From a virus (taxonomy: Duplodnaviria; Caudoviricetes): a DNA stretch of 36,503 bases. Location of the stretch: the IMG/VR virus record IMGVR_UViG_3300008255_000075, positions 1 through 36,503 of that record. The stretch is one strand, 5' to 3'. The first letter of the stretch is position 1. The number at the start of each line of letters is the position of its first letter. The notes below the pieces were generated by a model. That model saw only the letters and a program-made list of their open reading frames with translations. It did not search any database and was not told the DNA's origin. Both the position numbers and the translations under genes were made by a program. Below are positions 7,512 through 16,151 of the stretch, one piece after another.

Positions 7512-7660
7512 ACGATTGGTTCTTTAGTTAATAAGAACTCATCGGACTCGTGATATTGAAAGCAATCCCAACAAAGGGAAGTAGCAAGTAAACTTTCAAT
7601 ATCTTTTTTGTTCTCGCACCGCTTGCCACAATTTTGGCAGAGATTTGAAAATTTGTTCAT
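7508..7660 (-). CDS. Small CxxC..CxxC zinc-finger protein (50 aa)
   Basis: Manual ORF with CQNCGKRC...LCWDC; ATGA overlap with the downstream gene. Confidence 0.6.
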   Translation of the reverse strand: MNKFSNLCQNCGKRCENKKDIESLLATSLCWDCFQYHESDEFLLTKEPIV

Positions 7661-7797
7661 ATAATAGAGATTATTTTTATATTTGTGGCTGTGGGATTAT
7701 TTAGCTTCGCATTATGCGTTGGGGGTAAAACCCTTAATTGCTGTTGCTAAGTTGCTCCGCTCCCATTTAACTGACTGCTTTATCAGCACCACTTGTT

Positions 7798-8031
7798 TTA
7801 TTCTTCGTCGCTTCTGTCAGGGATATAAACCTCCCCAAAAGGATTAGTCAATCCTAAGTCTTCAAACTTCTCAAACTGTTCCTCACTCCCCTCAAAAATA
7901 TCTCTCACCTTTTCAGCGTTCACATTCTTTACAGTCAATCCACACTCCTCGGCTTCGTTTAGATATTCTTCTTGCTCGTTTGTGAGGTCTTTGTATGTGT
8001 CGTTCATAAAGTTAAAAGTTAATTGAGCCAA
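7798..8031 (-). CDS. Very acidic small protein
   Basis: ORF track; D/E-rich; the start may be the second Met. Confidence 0.65.
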   Translation of the reverse strand: MAQLTFNFMNDTYKDLTNEQEEYLNEAEECGLTVKNVNAEKVRDIFEGSEEQFEKFEDLGLTNPFGEVYIPDRSDEE

Positions 8032-8246
8032 TAATTAAGAAAGCAATGATTAGAGCATAAGTGGAAAGTGATAAACCTTTTTCTTTATAGTTCCAGTAAG
8101 CTCGGCTTTGGGATTGATACATAAGTTTGTGATTAAGATTTGTTATGGAAGTTTATTGGCCAAGGGGAAAGTGGATGGTTCTTAGCTTTTGATTGCTCTA
8201 GGCTGTAATCTCTACTAACCCCTCAGCTCAACTTCTCTATGTTTAT

Positions 8247-8275
8247 ATAGTATCATAGCAGGATAGAAAAGTCAA
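8247..8275 (-). promoter_or_regulatory. sigma70-type promoter of the recombination operon
   Basis: TTGACT-17nt-TACTAT with TG extension. Confidence 0.75.
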
Positions 8276-8529
8276 GCACTTATCACCCAATAAACACGGG
8301 GGTTGTAGAATGGGGGTTATTTTCTAGCCGAGTTATCACCAGCCCACTTCTTATATTCCCCCTCTACTTCAAAGGCTTAAAATAGCCTTTCCTCTAAACT
8401 TACAATCTCAAATCTATCAGTAAAGTCTATAAAGTCTGAATTAGTGTAAGTGTAAATCTTACCAGTTATCTTGTCTTTTAGGACAATTTTACCGATGTTT
8501 CTAAACATTCAATTAGTTTTCTTAATCTT

Positions 8530-9834
8530 TTAATTATTGAAAAAGGTATCCAATTTATCTTGAACAGGATTTGAAACAACATTCTTAATTTTTTCATAAA
8601 CACTTTTCTTTTCATATTTTTGTGGTTGATAATTTTCTATTAAATAATGCCCTCTATTAAATCTAGCCCAGAACGAGAACGCCCGACCGCCAGTTCTGTT
8701 CTTGGTAAATAAGATTTGGGTGTTCTCGGTGTAGTAGTCAGGGTATTCAGGACAGCGACCCTTATTAGTTTCTCGTTGAACCATAATCACCGTATCGGCT
8801 TCTTGGGCTATCCCTGAGCTGTCCTTTAAGTCATTCGTAGTCGGTTCAGCGTCTTCGTTCTTCTTAACGATGTGAGCCATTAAAAAGACGATGACATTTT
8901 CTTCTAGGGCGATTGTTTTAAGAGAACGGCACGCTTGCGTAAGATAAGCAGAATAGTTTTGTGACATATTTCTATCACCCTCTTTAATTTCAGGTGAAAG
9001 AAAACCTAGGTGGTCAATAAACACAGCTTTAATATCTTTTTCTTTTTTAGCTTTTTTAATAGCTTCTTTAATCCAACTAATCTTAGAGCTAGTCCTCAAC
9101 CTTTTATCAATGGCGGAGTAAATCCAATTCTTTTCAGATACGCCCATAGTCTGAAACTTACTCAAAAGTGATTGGGGCGTGACTTCAAACGAAAACCAAA
9201 GTGAGTTAATGTTTTGTAGAGCGAGGTTATAAGTTATCTCTTGACTAAAAGCTGTCTTACCGTGTCCTGTCTGACCAGATATAATAACAAGTTCCCCAGT
9301 CCCAAAACCTCCTACATTTTTACCAAGTTCCGTTAGATAGCTATCAACCAATTCAATTCCACTAGAATAAATCTCTTTACTTTTTCCTTTAGAGTTCAAT
9401 TGTTCTACAAGTTCAAAAGTTGGGAGGATAATAATTTCTTCGGTGGTTTGGATTAAATTAGAAACATCGCTGTTAATAATTATATTATCTAAGTCTTCTT
9501 CTAAATAACAAGCCTCGGATAGTTTATGATATTTATCAATTAGTTTTCGGTAATTAGATTTTTCTTTAATAATCCGTTGATACTCGTTTGGCTTAAACCC
9601 AGCTTCGGCTGATAACTTAGCGATGTATCCTTGACCGAAAGATGACAGCTTATCGCCTAAGATAGCGACATCATAATCTCCCAACTCAGAGAGAGCCTTA
9701 AAGAACGATTGGTTTTTAAGATTGTAAAAATCTTCAGCATTTAAGATTGTGGTGTTCCATAGTTCAGGATTGTTAATTAGACAACCTAAGTAGTTCTCTT
9801 CGGATACAATGCTGTGGGGCAACATTTTTTCCAT
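8530..9834 (-). CDS. dnaB: DnaB-like replicative helicase
   Basis: N-terminal LPHSIVSEE; Walker A SGQTGHGKT; FSFE; Walker B VFIDHL; DLKDSSGIAQEAD; KNRTG. Confidence 0.95.
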   Translation of the reverse strand: MEKMLPHSIVSEENYLGCLINNPELWNTTILNAEDFYNLKNQSFFKALSELGDYDVAILGDKLSSFGQGYIAKLSAEAGFKPNEYQRIIKEKSNYRKLIDKYHKLSEACYLEEDLDNIIINSDVSNLIQTTEEIIILPTFELVEQLNSKGKSKEIYSSGIELVDSYLTELGKNVGGFGTGELVIISGQTGHGKTAFSQEITYNLALQNINSLWFSFEVTPQSLLSKFQTMGVSEKNWIYSAIDKRLRTSSKISWIKEAIKKAKKEKDIKAVFIDHLGFLSPEIKEGDRNMSQNYSAYLTQACRSLKTIALEENVIVFLMAHIVKKNEDAEPTTNDLKDSSGIAQEADTVIMVQRETNKGRCPEYPDYYTENTQILFTKNRTGGRAFSFWARFNRGHYLIENYQPQKYEKKSVYEKIKNVVSNPVQDKLDTFFNN

Positions 9835-9844
9835 AGTTTTTTAT

Positions 9845-10573
9845 TTAATTATTTTCTATAAATTTTTCAAGAGCGGGTAGTTTTTTTTCTAAGTCCCAAG
9901 GTGAATACACTTGAGGGCAAAATGGTTTATCTTTAACACGCTTGTAATATTCTATAACCATTAAAATATTTTCAAACCCTTTAGTGTTTATAAGATTTTT
10001 ACAGGAAGCTCTTTGGGTTTTATTTTTATAATCTAGTAGAGGGTTAATTTCATCTTTAAGTGCTTTTATAATCACCCCCACTTGTTTCTCTAACTCTTTA
10101 TTAGAAGTATCCCCTGCGACATTAGTCGCTATATGTCTTTTGTTATTGTCTTTAATATTTCTTTTGTGTGTTAAAGCACCTTTACTAGTGCTAGTTAAAG
10201 CACCTTTACTAGTATAAGTTCTTGCTTTAACTAGTTCACTTGCTTTAACTAGCCACGCCCAAGTGTCATAATCTTTATTAAAACTGTAAGAATAGCCCTT
10301 TTTATCTAGTTCTATTCCTTTAACTAGTATGTTTGCTTTAACTAGGTATTGTAGCCAATGAACAATCGTTGGTCTATTACTATCTAAACCTTTTTGAAAT
10401 TGAGTAAGGCTAATGTTATCTATTTTTTTGTTATATCCCCAAGTTTTTCGTATAACAAACATACATAAAGCGAGAGGTATTCCAGTTTTGTGTGGAAAAG
10501 GAAATAATATTAACTTTTCTAAAACTTCATTTGCGATTGGAGTAAAGCCGTTCTCTTTTTGTGGACAAGCCAT
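9845..10573 (-). CDS. Lambda O-like replication initiator (probable start 10573, 242 aa)
   Basis: ENGFTPIANEVLE..IRKTWGYNKKIDNISLTQF; internal iterons; directly upstream of dnaB. The track's upstream extension overlaps an RNA structure. Confidence 0.88.
   Translation of the reverse strand: MACPQKENGFTPIANEVLEKLILFPFPHKTGIPLALCMFVIRKTWGYNKKIDNISLTQFQKGLDSNRPTIVHWLQYLVKANILVKGIELDKKGYSYSFNKDYDTWAWLVKASELVKARTYTSKGALTSTSKGALTHKRNIKDNNKRHIATNVAGDTSNKELEKQVGVIIKALKDEINPLLDYKNKTQRASCKNLINTKGFENILMVIEYYKRVKDKPFCPQVYSPWDLEKKLPALEKFIENN
10170..10345. repeat. Iteron cluster / probable replication origin within the initiator gene
   Basis: GTTAAAGCACCTTTACTAGT at 10170 and 10194; TTGCTTTAACTAG at 10222, 10240 and 10333; CTTTAACTAG at 10318; flanked by an AT-rich tract. 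Confidence 0.8.
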
Positions 10574-10600
10574 AGATTTTTGTTTGTTAATAATTCGTAT

Positions 10601-10671
10601 AAAAAAAGCAGGTAGTTGTGACCAAACAGGCTTCCCAGCCTTGTGGCTTTCGCCACGCACAACTAACTGCT
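10601..10671 (-). terminator. Branched hairpin with U-tract in the replication-operon leader (attenuator candidate)
   Basis: AGCAG-U-UAGUUGUG / CACAACUA-C-CUGCU-UUUUUU enclosing GUGGC-GAAA-GCCAC and AGGCU-GGGA-AGCCU. Confidence 0.6.
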
Positions 10672-10712
10672 CTCTTAATACGAATTTTAGGGATAGTTGT
10701 TTGGATAATCTT

Positions 10713-10740
10713 ATTGTAGCACGCCCACACAGATTGTCAA
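10713..10740 (-). promoter_or_regulatory. sigma70 promoter for the replication operon
   Basis: TTGACA-16nt-TACAAT with TG extension. Confidence 0.75.
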
Positions 10741-10754
10741 GCTAAGTTATCCAC

Positions 10755-10783
10755 TTGATTTATTTTTACAGCCGTGCTATACT
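10755..10783 (+). promoter_or_regulatory. sigma70 promoter for the packaging/structural arm
   Basis: TTGATT-17nt-TATACT with TG extension; divergent from 10713-10740. Confidence 0.7.
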
Positions 10784-11404
10784 TATAAGGTAAACATTAC
10801 TTGAAATAAAAGATACTCTCTAATCTTTACCAATGGGATTGATGGGAAAGTTAGCTCACTTTTTTAACAAGGTTTACGCTTATTGGAGGAATAATCAAAA
10901 CATTTTAAGACTCCATTTGCAAAGAGCCTTAGAATATAAAGGTGAAGTTCTGGGCTTCTAGTTATGAAACAGGGCAAAGGTGAAGACCAGCGTGCCTGTG
11001 AATAAACTTGAGCTTGGTATTTTGCTTTTATAAATAACCTATGCTTGTCAGCAGTGGTAAAACTTAAATCTAACCAGAACACAATGTGTTCTATTTTGCG
11101 TTATGAAATTACTAAAGGCGTTTATTAAGAAGTTTATATTCCGCATTAAGTTCTACATTAACCCATATGAAGCCTATCAAAGTTTCAAAAAAGAAATCAA
11201 AACCAAAGTTTACAGTAAAAGTAAAACTAGAGGAACTAGATAAAGTATTTCCCCAACGACTTTACGCAAAATAGATGGAAATTATATTAAAGGAGGACAA
11301 TATAATAATCCGCAATCAAGAAGTCTTTAATTTATTCCCTTATGATTATGAGAAGATAAAAGACTGCTTAATTATTATAGACGAGATATTAAATAAAAGG
11401 AGTT

Positions 11405-11857
11405 ATGGCAGAAACAAATCCTAATGGAGCAAATCAGTATCAGCTAGACCCCAGACAAAAGGTGTGTTGGGATTTATATGTTGACCCAAGTAGTCCAACC
11501 TTTAGTAATGGAATGCAATCAGCTATAAAGGCAGGCTATGAAGAAGCCTATGCTAATCAAATTACTACTACTGAATGGTTCAAAGAAAAAGTTAGGCGTT
11601 CAAATATGTTGAACAAGGCAGAAAGAAACCTTGATAAAGCCTTAGACATTCCAATAGAAGATGAAAAGTTAGGAGACAGATGTTTAAAGGCAACAATATT
11701 TGTAGCAGAGAGATTAGGGAAGCAAGAATACAGCACTAGACAAGAATTAACAGGAGCTGACGGAAAGGATTTAATACCAGACCAAGAAAGAAAAGAACTA
11801 GCTAGTGGGCTTATTAAAGAATACTTAGATGACAATACAGGAACTACTACAAGGTAA
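11405..11857 (+). CDS. terS: Terminase small subunit
   Basis: LDPRQKVCWDLY..NGMQSAIKAGY..ELTGADGKDL; overlaps terL. Confidence 0.85.
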   Translation: MAETNPNGANQYQLDPRQKVCWDLYVDPSSPTFSNGMQSAIKAGYEEAYANQITTTEWFKEKVRRSNMLNKAERNLDKALDIPIEDEKLGDRCLKATIFVAERLGKQEYSTRQELTGADGKDLIPDQERKELASGLIKEYLDDNTGTTTR

Positions 11858-13382
11858 TGATTTAATGGCTAAGAAAGCACTGTTCTTATTTAACCAGAGT
11901 GATAGTAATGAAGCAGTCAGAGTTAAGTTTAATCTTTGGAGTAAATACTCATTCCCAAAATACTTTACTTGTAAGGACGCAGAATTTCATAAAGACATTG
12001 ACGCTTATAATATTCAGACTTACAAAGGACAGTTAAAATCATTCACTGACATAGCATTTCGTGGAGCTAGTAAGACAAGTAGGACTAAATTGTTTATAGC
12101 ATTTGTAGTATTAAATGATGAAGACCACCTTAGAAAGTATATTAAAATCTTATCAGCAGACCTAACTAACTCTAAACAGATAGTAACTGATGTCTATAAT
12201 ATGCTGATAAGTTGTGATGACTTATACCCCGACACATTTCAAAAAAGCAACTTAAAGAGAGAAGAAACAATGTCTTCTTTTACCACTCACACAGGAGTTA
12301 AACTAATAGCTGATACAGTAGGCACAGAACAGCGTGGAGCTTTACAGAATGAAGCTAGACCTGATTGGATAATCTTTGAAGATATTGAAACCCGTAAAAC
12401 ACTTCGTTCGGCAGTAGTTACTAAGGCTATTTGGGACAACATAGAAGAAGCTAGGACAAGTTTAAGTAAAGACGGTTCATTTATAGCTAACTGTAACTAT
12501 ATATCAGAGCGAGGTAATGTTCATAAATTAGTCTTAAAAGGTAATGAACAGAATAAAGTTTTAATAATCCCTATTATAGAAAATGGGCAACCGACTTGGA
12601 AAGAAAGATTTACTTTAGAAGATATTGCTCAAATGAAGATGGATGATGATGACTTTGAGGGTGAGCGATTATGTAAGCCTAGTGCTGGTCAAGATATACT
12701 GTTTAATCGAGAGAAGTTAGATTTAATGGTAGCTCAAAAACCTATTGAAATAAAAGCTAACTTTAAGATATTCCATAAGTTCAACCCTAGCCATAGAACA
12801 GCGAGCGGTCACGATGTAGCTGGAGGGGTCGGATTAGACAGCTCAACCTCAGTATTTATAGACTTTGATGTAATACCAGCCAGAGTAGCCGCTACTTACA
12901 AAGATAATACAATTAAACCTGACATATTCGGATATGAAATTAAGAGACAGAGTGATTTATTTGGTGGAAGTCTAACAGCGATTGAAAAGAATAATCACGG
13001 ACACACCACAATAGCAATTTGTAAACAACAAGAAGTTAATCAATTTTATACACAAGGAAAAGATACGGTAATTAATGGAACAGAGCCTAGAGAGTATGGT
13101 TGGCACACTAATCAACTCACTAAGCCTAAGATGTTGTTTGCTCTAGCAAAGGCGATTGATGACGGACTGCTGTTGCTGGAAGACATAGACTTAATTAACG
13201 AGGCTAAAGGATATTCAAGAGACGATTTACTAGACAGGGATATTGACCCCAGATTAACAACAAGACATTTTGACCTTTTAATAGCTTGTGCTATTGCGTG
13301 GCAGATGAAAGACTTTACAAACATTAAAACAGAATATTACGAAGACGAGCCTGAAGTAACTTTTAAACAAATAGGAATATGA
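11829..13382 (+). CDS. terL: Terminase large subunit
   Basis: Walker A-like AFRGASKT; Walker B WIIFEDIE; nuclease GHDVAGGVGLDSS, IEKNNHG, FDLLIACAIAWQM. Confidence 0.93.
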   Translation: MTIQELLQGNDLMAKKALFLFNQSDSNEAVRVKFNLWSKYSFPKYFTCKDAEFHKDIDAYNIQTYKGQLKSFTDIAFRGASKTSRTKLFIAFVVLNDEDHLRKYIKILSADLTNSKQIVTDVYNMLISCDDLYPDTFQKSNLKREETMSSFTTHTGVKLIADTVGTEQRGALQNEARPDWIIFEDIETRKTLRSAVVTKAIWDNIEEARTSLSKDGSFIANCNYISERGNVHKLVLKGNEQNKVLIIPIIENGQPTWKERFTLEDIAQMKMDDDDFEGERLCKPSAGQDILFNREKLDLMVAQKPIEIKANFKIFHKFNPSHRTASGHDVAGGVGLDSSTSVFIDFDVIPARVAATYKDNTIKPDIFGYEIKRQSDLFGGSLTAIEKNNHGHTTIAICKQQEVNQFYTQGKDTVINGTEPREYGWHTNQLTKPKMLFALAKAIDDGLLLLEDIDLINEAKGYSRDDLLDRDIDPRLTTRHFDLLIACAIAWQMKDFTNIKTEYYEDEPEVTFKQIGI

Positions 13383-15295
13383 TACGAAAAGAATTAGCCG
13401 ATAAAATCTCAGACCAAGCTAAGAATGAGATTGATACCGCTAGAGTTTACAAACAAAACAAAATATCTAACTGGTCTCTAAACGAGGCTATGTATTACGG
13501 TAAGAAAATGTCTGATAGCGGAAGTCGTGCTAATGTTTCCTTGGGACAGATGCAAGAGTTTGTTCACACTATCCTTTCAAAGATTGATAACCCTTTACAA
13601 TTCAAGTTCACTAAGCGAAAGCCTAGCCAATTAAAGAGAGTTGAACTACTTAACTCCCTAAGGAAGTATGACCAAGATAGAGACTTTTGGGACTTAAAGG
13701 ACTTAGTAGGTAAGAAGCAAGCTATCATCTATGGTCGCTCAGTCTATGCTTACTATGCTTCAAGCGTAGAGGGCTATGAGAGCCACCTTGAGCCGATTGA
13801 TGTTTATGACTTCTTAATAGACCCTAGTGTATCTGGTATTGATATTGATACCGCTATGTATATGGGTAGGTGGGGAGTTATTAAGACTAAAAAAGATTTA
13901 GAACTAGGCGTGAAGAAAGGTCTTTACCACAAAGAAGCTGTCCGAGACATCTTGTTAGGTGGTGGTAATACTGAAACAACCAACCAAGAAGAAACTAATA
14001 AGCGTTCAAGGTCTTATGATAATACGGGATTTAAAGAAACTAAGAACGACAATAAGTATAAGTTCTGGGAGTGGTTTACTACATATCAAGGCACTCGCTA
14101 CTATGTCTTAATGGATGATAGTGGTAGGTGGATTAGATGTGAGAAACTGTCAACGATGTTCTCTAATGATTTGTTCCCGTTCTGGTCTTGGGCTTGTTTC
14201 CCTGATTTAACAGAGTTCTGGACACCTGGATATTGTGATTATGCTCGTGAGTTATTTATGGCTCAAGAAGTATCTATCAACCAGATGTTAGACAACGCCG
14301 AAGCAATCAATAAACCTCAGAAGATTGTTAGAGTGAATGACATAGAAGATATGTCTAAAGTTACTAAGTATCGTAAAGACGGAGTTATCCCAGTTAAAAT
14401 GGGTGTTGATATTGATAAAGCTATTCAGTTCGTAAAAGTTCCTTCTATTAACACCCCGATTGAAGTCTATAATATACTCGGTTCAATCCAAGATAGAGCT
14501 TCGGGAGTGACTGCTGGTGCGGCTGGTATCGCTGATGAAGACGGTAAGGTTGGTATTTATGAAGGTAATCAACAGGCTGCCGCTGACCGCTTTGGACTCT
14601 TAAATAAGTCTTACTCGTTTGGATATAAGAAGTTTGCTAAGCTTTATGAGTGTGGTGTTAAAGATAACCTGATTAAAAAGATTGCGATTGAAATACTTGG
14701 ACCGAATGGAGTTGAAGTTAAAATGATTGGTAAGCGAGATATTTACAAGAAGGGTGATGAGTATTCTTGTTTAGTAGAGGCTTCTGACGCAGAGGTTACT
14801 AATAGTCTAAGAAATCAAAACACTAAACTTAACTTCTTAAATGCTCAAGCTCAGAATATGTTAATCAATCAGAAGAAACGCTTTGAAATGACAGCTAAGA
14901 TTTCAGGCTTGAATGAAGATGAGGTGAGAGAGTTGCTTGATGTTAACTACTACGGAGACGAAGAGTTAATGAGTGAAGCTGACCGAGATATTGAAGCCCT
15001 GTTGAATGGAGATGTGGTAGAACCTAATGAGCTTGCTAACAACGCTTATAAGCAGAAGTTAGTTGATTATCTCCGAGACCATAAAGAGGATATAAGTAAT
15101 AAGCAATACTTTGAAATCGCCGCTTACATTGACTCTCTAACAGATATTATCTTTAGAAATGAAGCCCGAGAGTTTGAAACTGCTAAAACTGACGCAATGC
15201 TAGGAATGGGAATGCCTACACCTGAGGGAGCTGTCCCAGGAATGACACCAGAGCCTAATAAACTAAATAATCAATATGAAGTTCGTCCTCAATAA
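13379..15295 (+). CDS. Portal protein (podovirus/P22-like size)
   Basis: 638 aa directly after terL; DVYDFLIDP and QEVSINQMLDNA segments. Confidence 0.85.
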   Translation: MIRKELADKISDQAKNEIDTARVYKQNKISNWSLNEAMYYGKKMSDSGSRANVSLGQMQEFVHTILSKIDNPLQFKFTKRKPSQLKRVELLNSLRKYDQDRDFWDLKDLVGKKQAIIYGRSVYAYYASSVEGYESHLEPIDVYDFLIDPSVSGIDIDTAMYMGRWGVIKTKKDLELGVKKGLYHKEAVRDILLGGGNTETTNQEETNKRSRSYDNTGFKETKNDNKYKFWEWFTTYQGTRYYVLMDDSGRWIRCEKLSTMFSNDLFPFWSWACFPDLTEFWTPGYCDYARELFMAQEVSINQMLDNAEAINKPQKIVRVNDIEDMSKVTKYRKDGVIPVKMGVDIDKAIQFVKVPSINTPIEVYNILGSIQDRASGVTAGAAGIADEDGKVGIYEGNQQAAADRFGLLNKSYSFGYKKFAKLYECGVKDNLIKKIAIEILGPNGVEVKMIGKRDIYKKGDEYSCLVEASDAEVTNSLRNQNTKLNFLNAQAQNMLINQKKRFEMTAKISGLNEDEVRELLDVNYYGDEELMSEADRDIEALLNGDVVEPNELANNAYKQKLVDYLRDHKEDISNKQYFEIAAYIDSLTDIIFRNEAREFETAKTDAMLGMGMPTPEGAVPGMTPEPNKLNNQYEVRPQ

Positions 15296-15629
15296 AAAAA
15301 ATCAAATAGAGAAGTCTGACTTTACAGTCTTATACAACAAAGAAGACTTTCAAGGGGCTTTAGACCAAGGCTTAAAGAAGATTGAAGAACTAGAACTAAC
15401 TAAAAGAGTCCACGACGCTAAGTGTGAGAATGTAGCTCGTAATCACCCAGTCGTCTTGAAGATGGAAGAAGATATTAGGAATGTAGTCTGGCTATATCAA
15501 GATAATTTCATCAGCTCTAAGCAATTTGCTGAACAAATTAAAGCTCATAAGAAAGCCCTAAAAGACTTAAAAGATGAGATGAAGCAGGTGGAGAAAGGCA
15601 CAGGATTGAAGTTTAATAACCTTAAATAA
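15276..15629 (+). CDS. Hypothetical coiled-coil protein
   Basis: ORF track. Confidence 0.75.
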   Translation: MKFVLNKKNQIEKSDFTVLYNKEDFQGALDQGLKKIEELELTKRVHDAKCENVARNHPVVLKMEEDIRNVVWLYQDNFISSKQFAEQIKAHKKALKDLKDEMKQVEKGTGLKFNNLK

Positions 15630-15630
15630 T

Positions 15631-15888
15631 ATGGACGAAATTAAAGACAGTTTAGATAAAGCTAAAGCTATCCTGGTAGTTAAGCAGAGTGAGGGTGGTC
15701 AGATACTCCTAGATGCCCTTAAAAGCGATTTAAACGGCATTGTAGCGACTTTAATCAACGAATACGGTAAACTATCACATATTGAACTAATATCTCTTAT
15801 AAGCCATTTAAAAGCCAAAAGAGAGTTAATAGATAAGATTGAATATAGCGAGAAAGAAGTTGAAATATTAAAAGAAGAATTAAAATAA
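15631..15888 (+). CDS. Hypothetical helical head-module protein
   Basis: ORF track; lies between portal and scaffold. Confidence 0.75.
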   Translation: MDEIKDSLDKAKAILVVKQSEGGQILLDALKSDLNGIVATLINEYGKLSHIELISLISHLKAKRELIDKIEYSEKEVEILKEELK

Positions 15889-15889
15889 T

Positions 15890-16048
15890 ATGCCAAAAGG
15901 ATATAAAAAAGTAGTTGAGACTACTGAAGAAGAGATTGTCGAAACTCCTAAGACAAGAGTCTGCACTTGTGGTCAAGAGATTAACTCTGCTCCATTAGTT
16001 GCTGGTGAGACTGTCGCTTGTCCGTGCGGAGTTAAGCACGCTTGGTAA
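15890..16048 (+). CDS. Small zinc-ribbon protein (52 aa)
   Basis: Manual ORF MPKGYKK...VCTCGQ...ACPCGVKHAW; 1-nt gap after the upstream stop. Confidence 0.7.
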   Translation: MPKGYKKVVETTEEEIVETPKTRVCTCGQEINSAPLVAGETVACPCGVKHAW

Positions 16049-16151
16049 TTGCGACTGTGCCTCTTTATAGAGGCATTACGCAGAGACTAATCTGTTTTCC
16101 TTTCACTTATGGGATTATAAGTGGTTAGGGCTTACTAACTAAAAAAGCTAT

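Noticed and set aside
10170-10252. Mini CRISPR array
   Set aside because: Repeats are 13-20 nt with 4-5 nt gaps inside a coding gene; iterons fit better and no cas genes are present.
10574-10660. N-terminal extension of the initiator in the ORF track
   Set aside because: It overlaps the leader RNA structure; family-like sequence begins at ATG 10573.
10864-11082. Minus-strand 72-aa ORF
   Set aside because: Non-ATG start, antisense to the late leader, no recognisable features; probably spurious.
16119-16150. Pistol ribozyme (GTGGTTAGGGC resembles its 5' hairpin)
   Set aside because: The downstream pseudoknot partner (CCCTAA) and remaining stems are absent.
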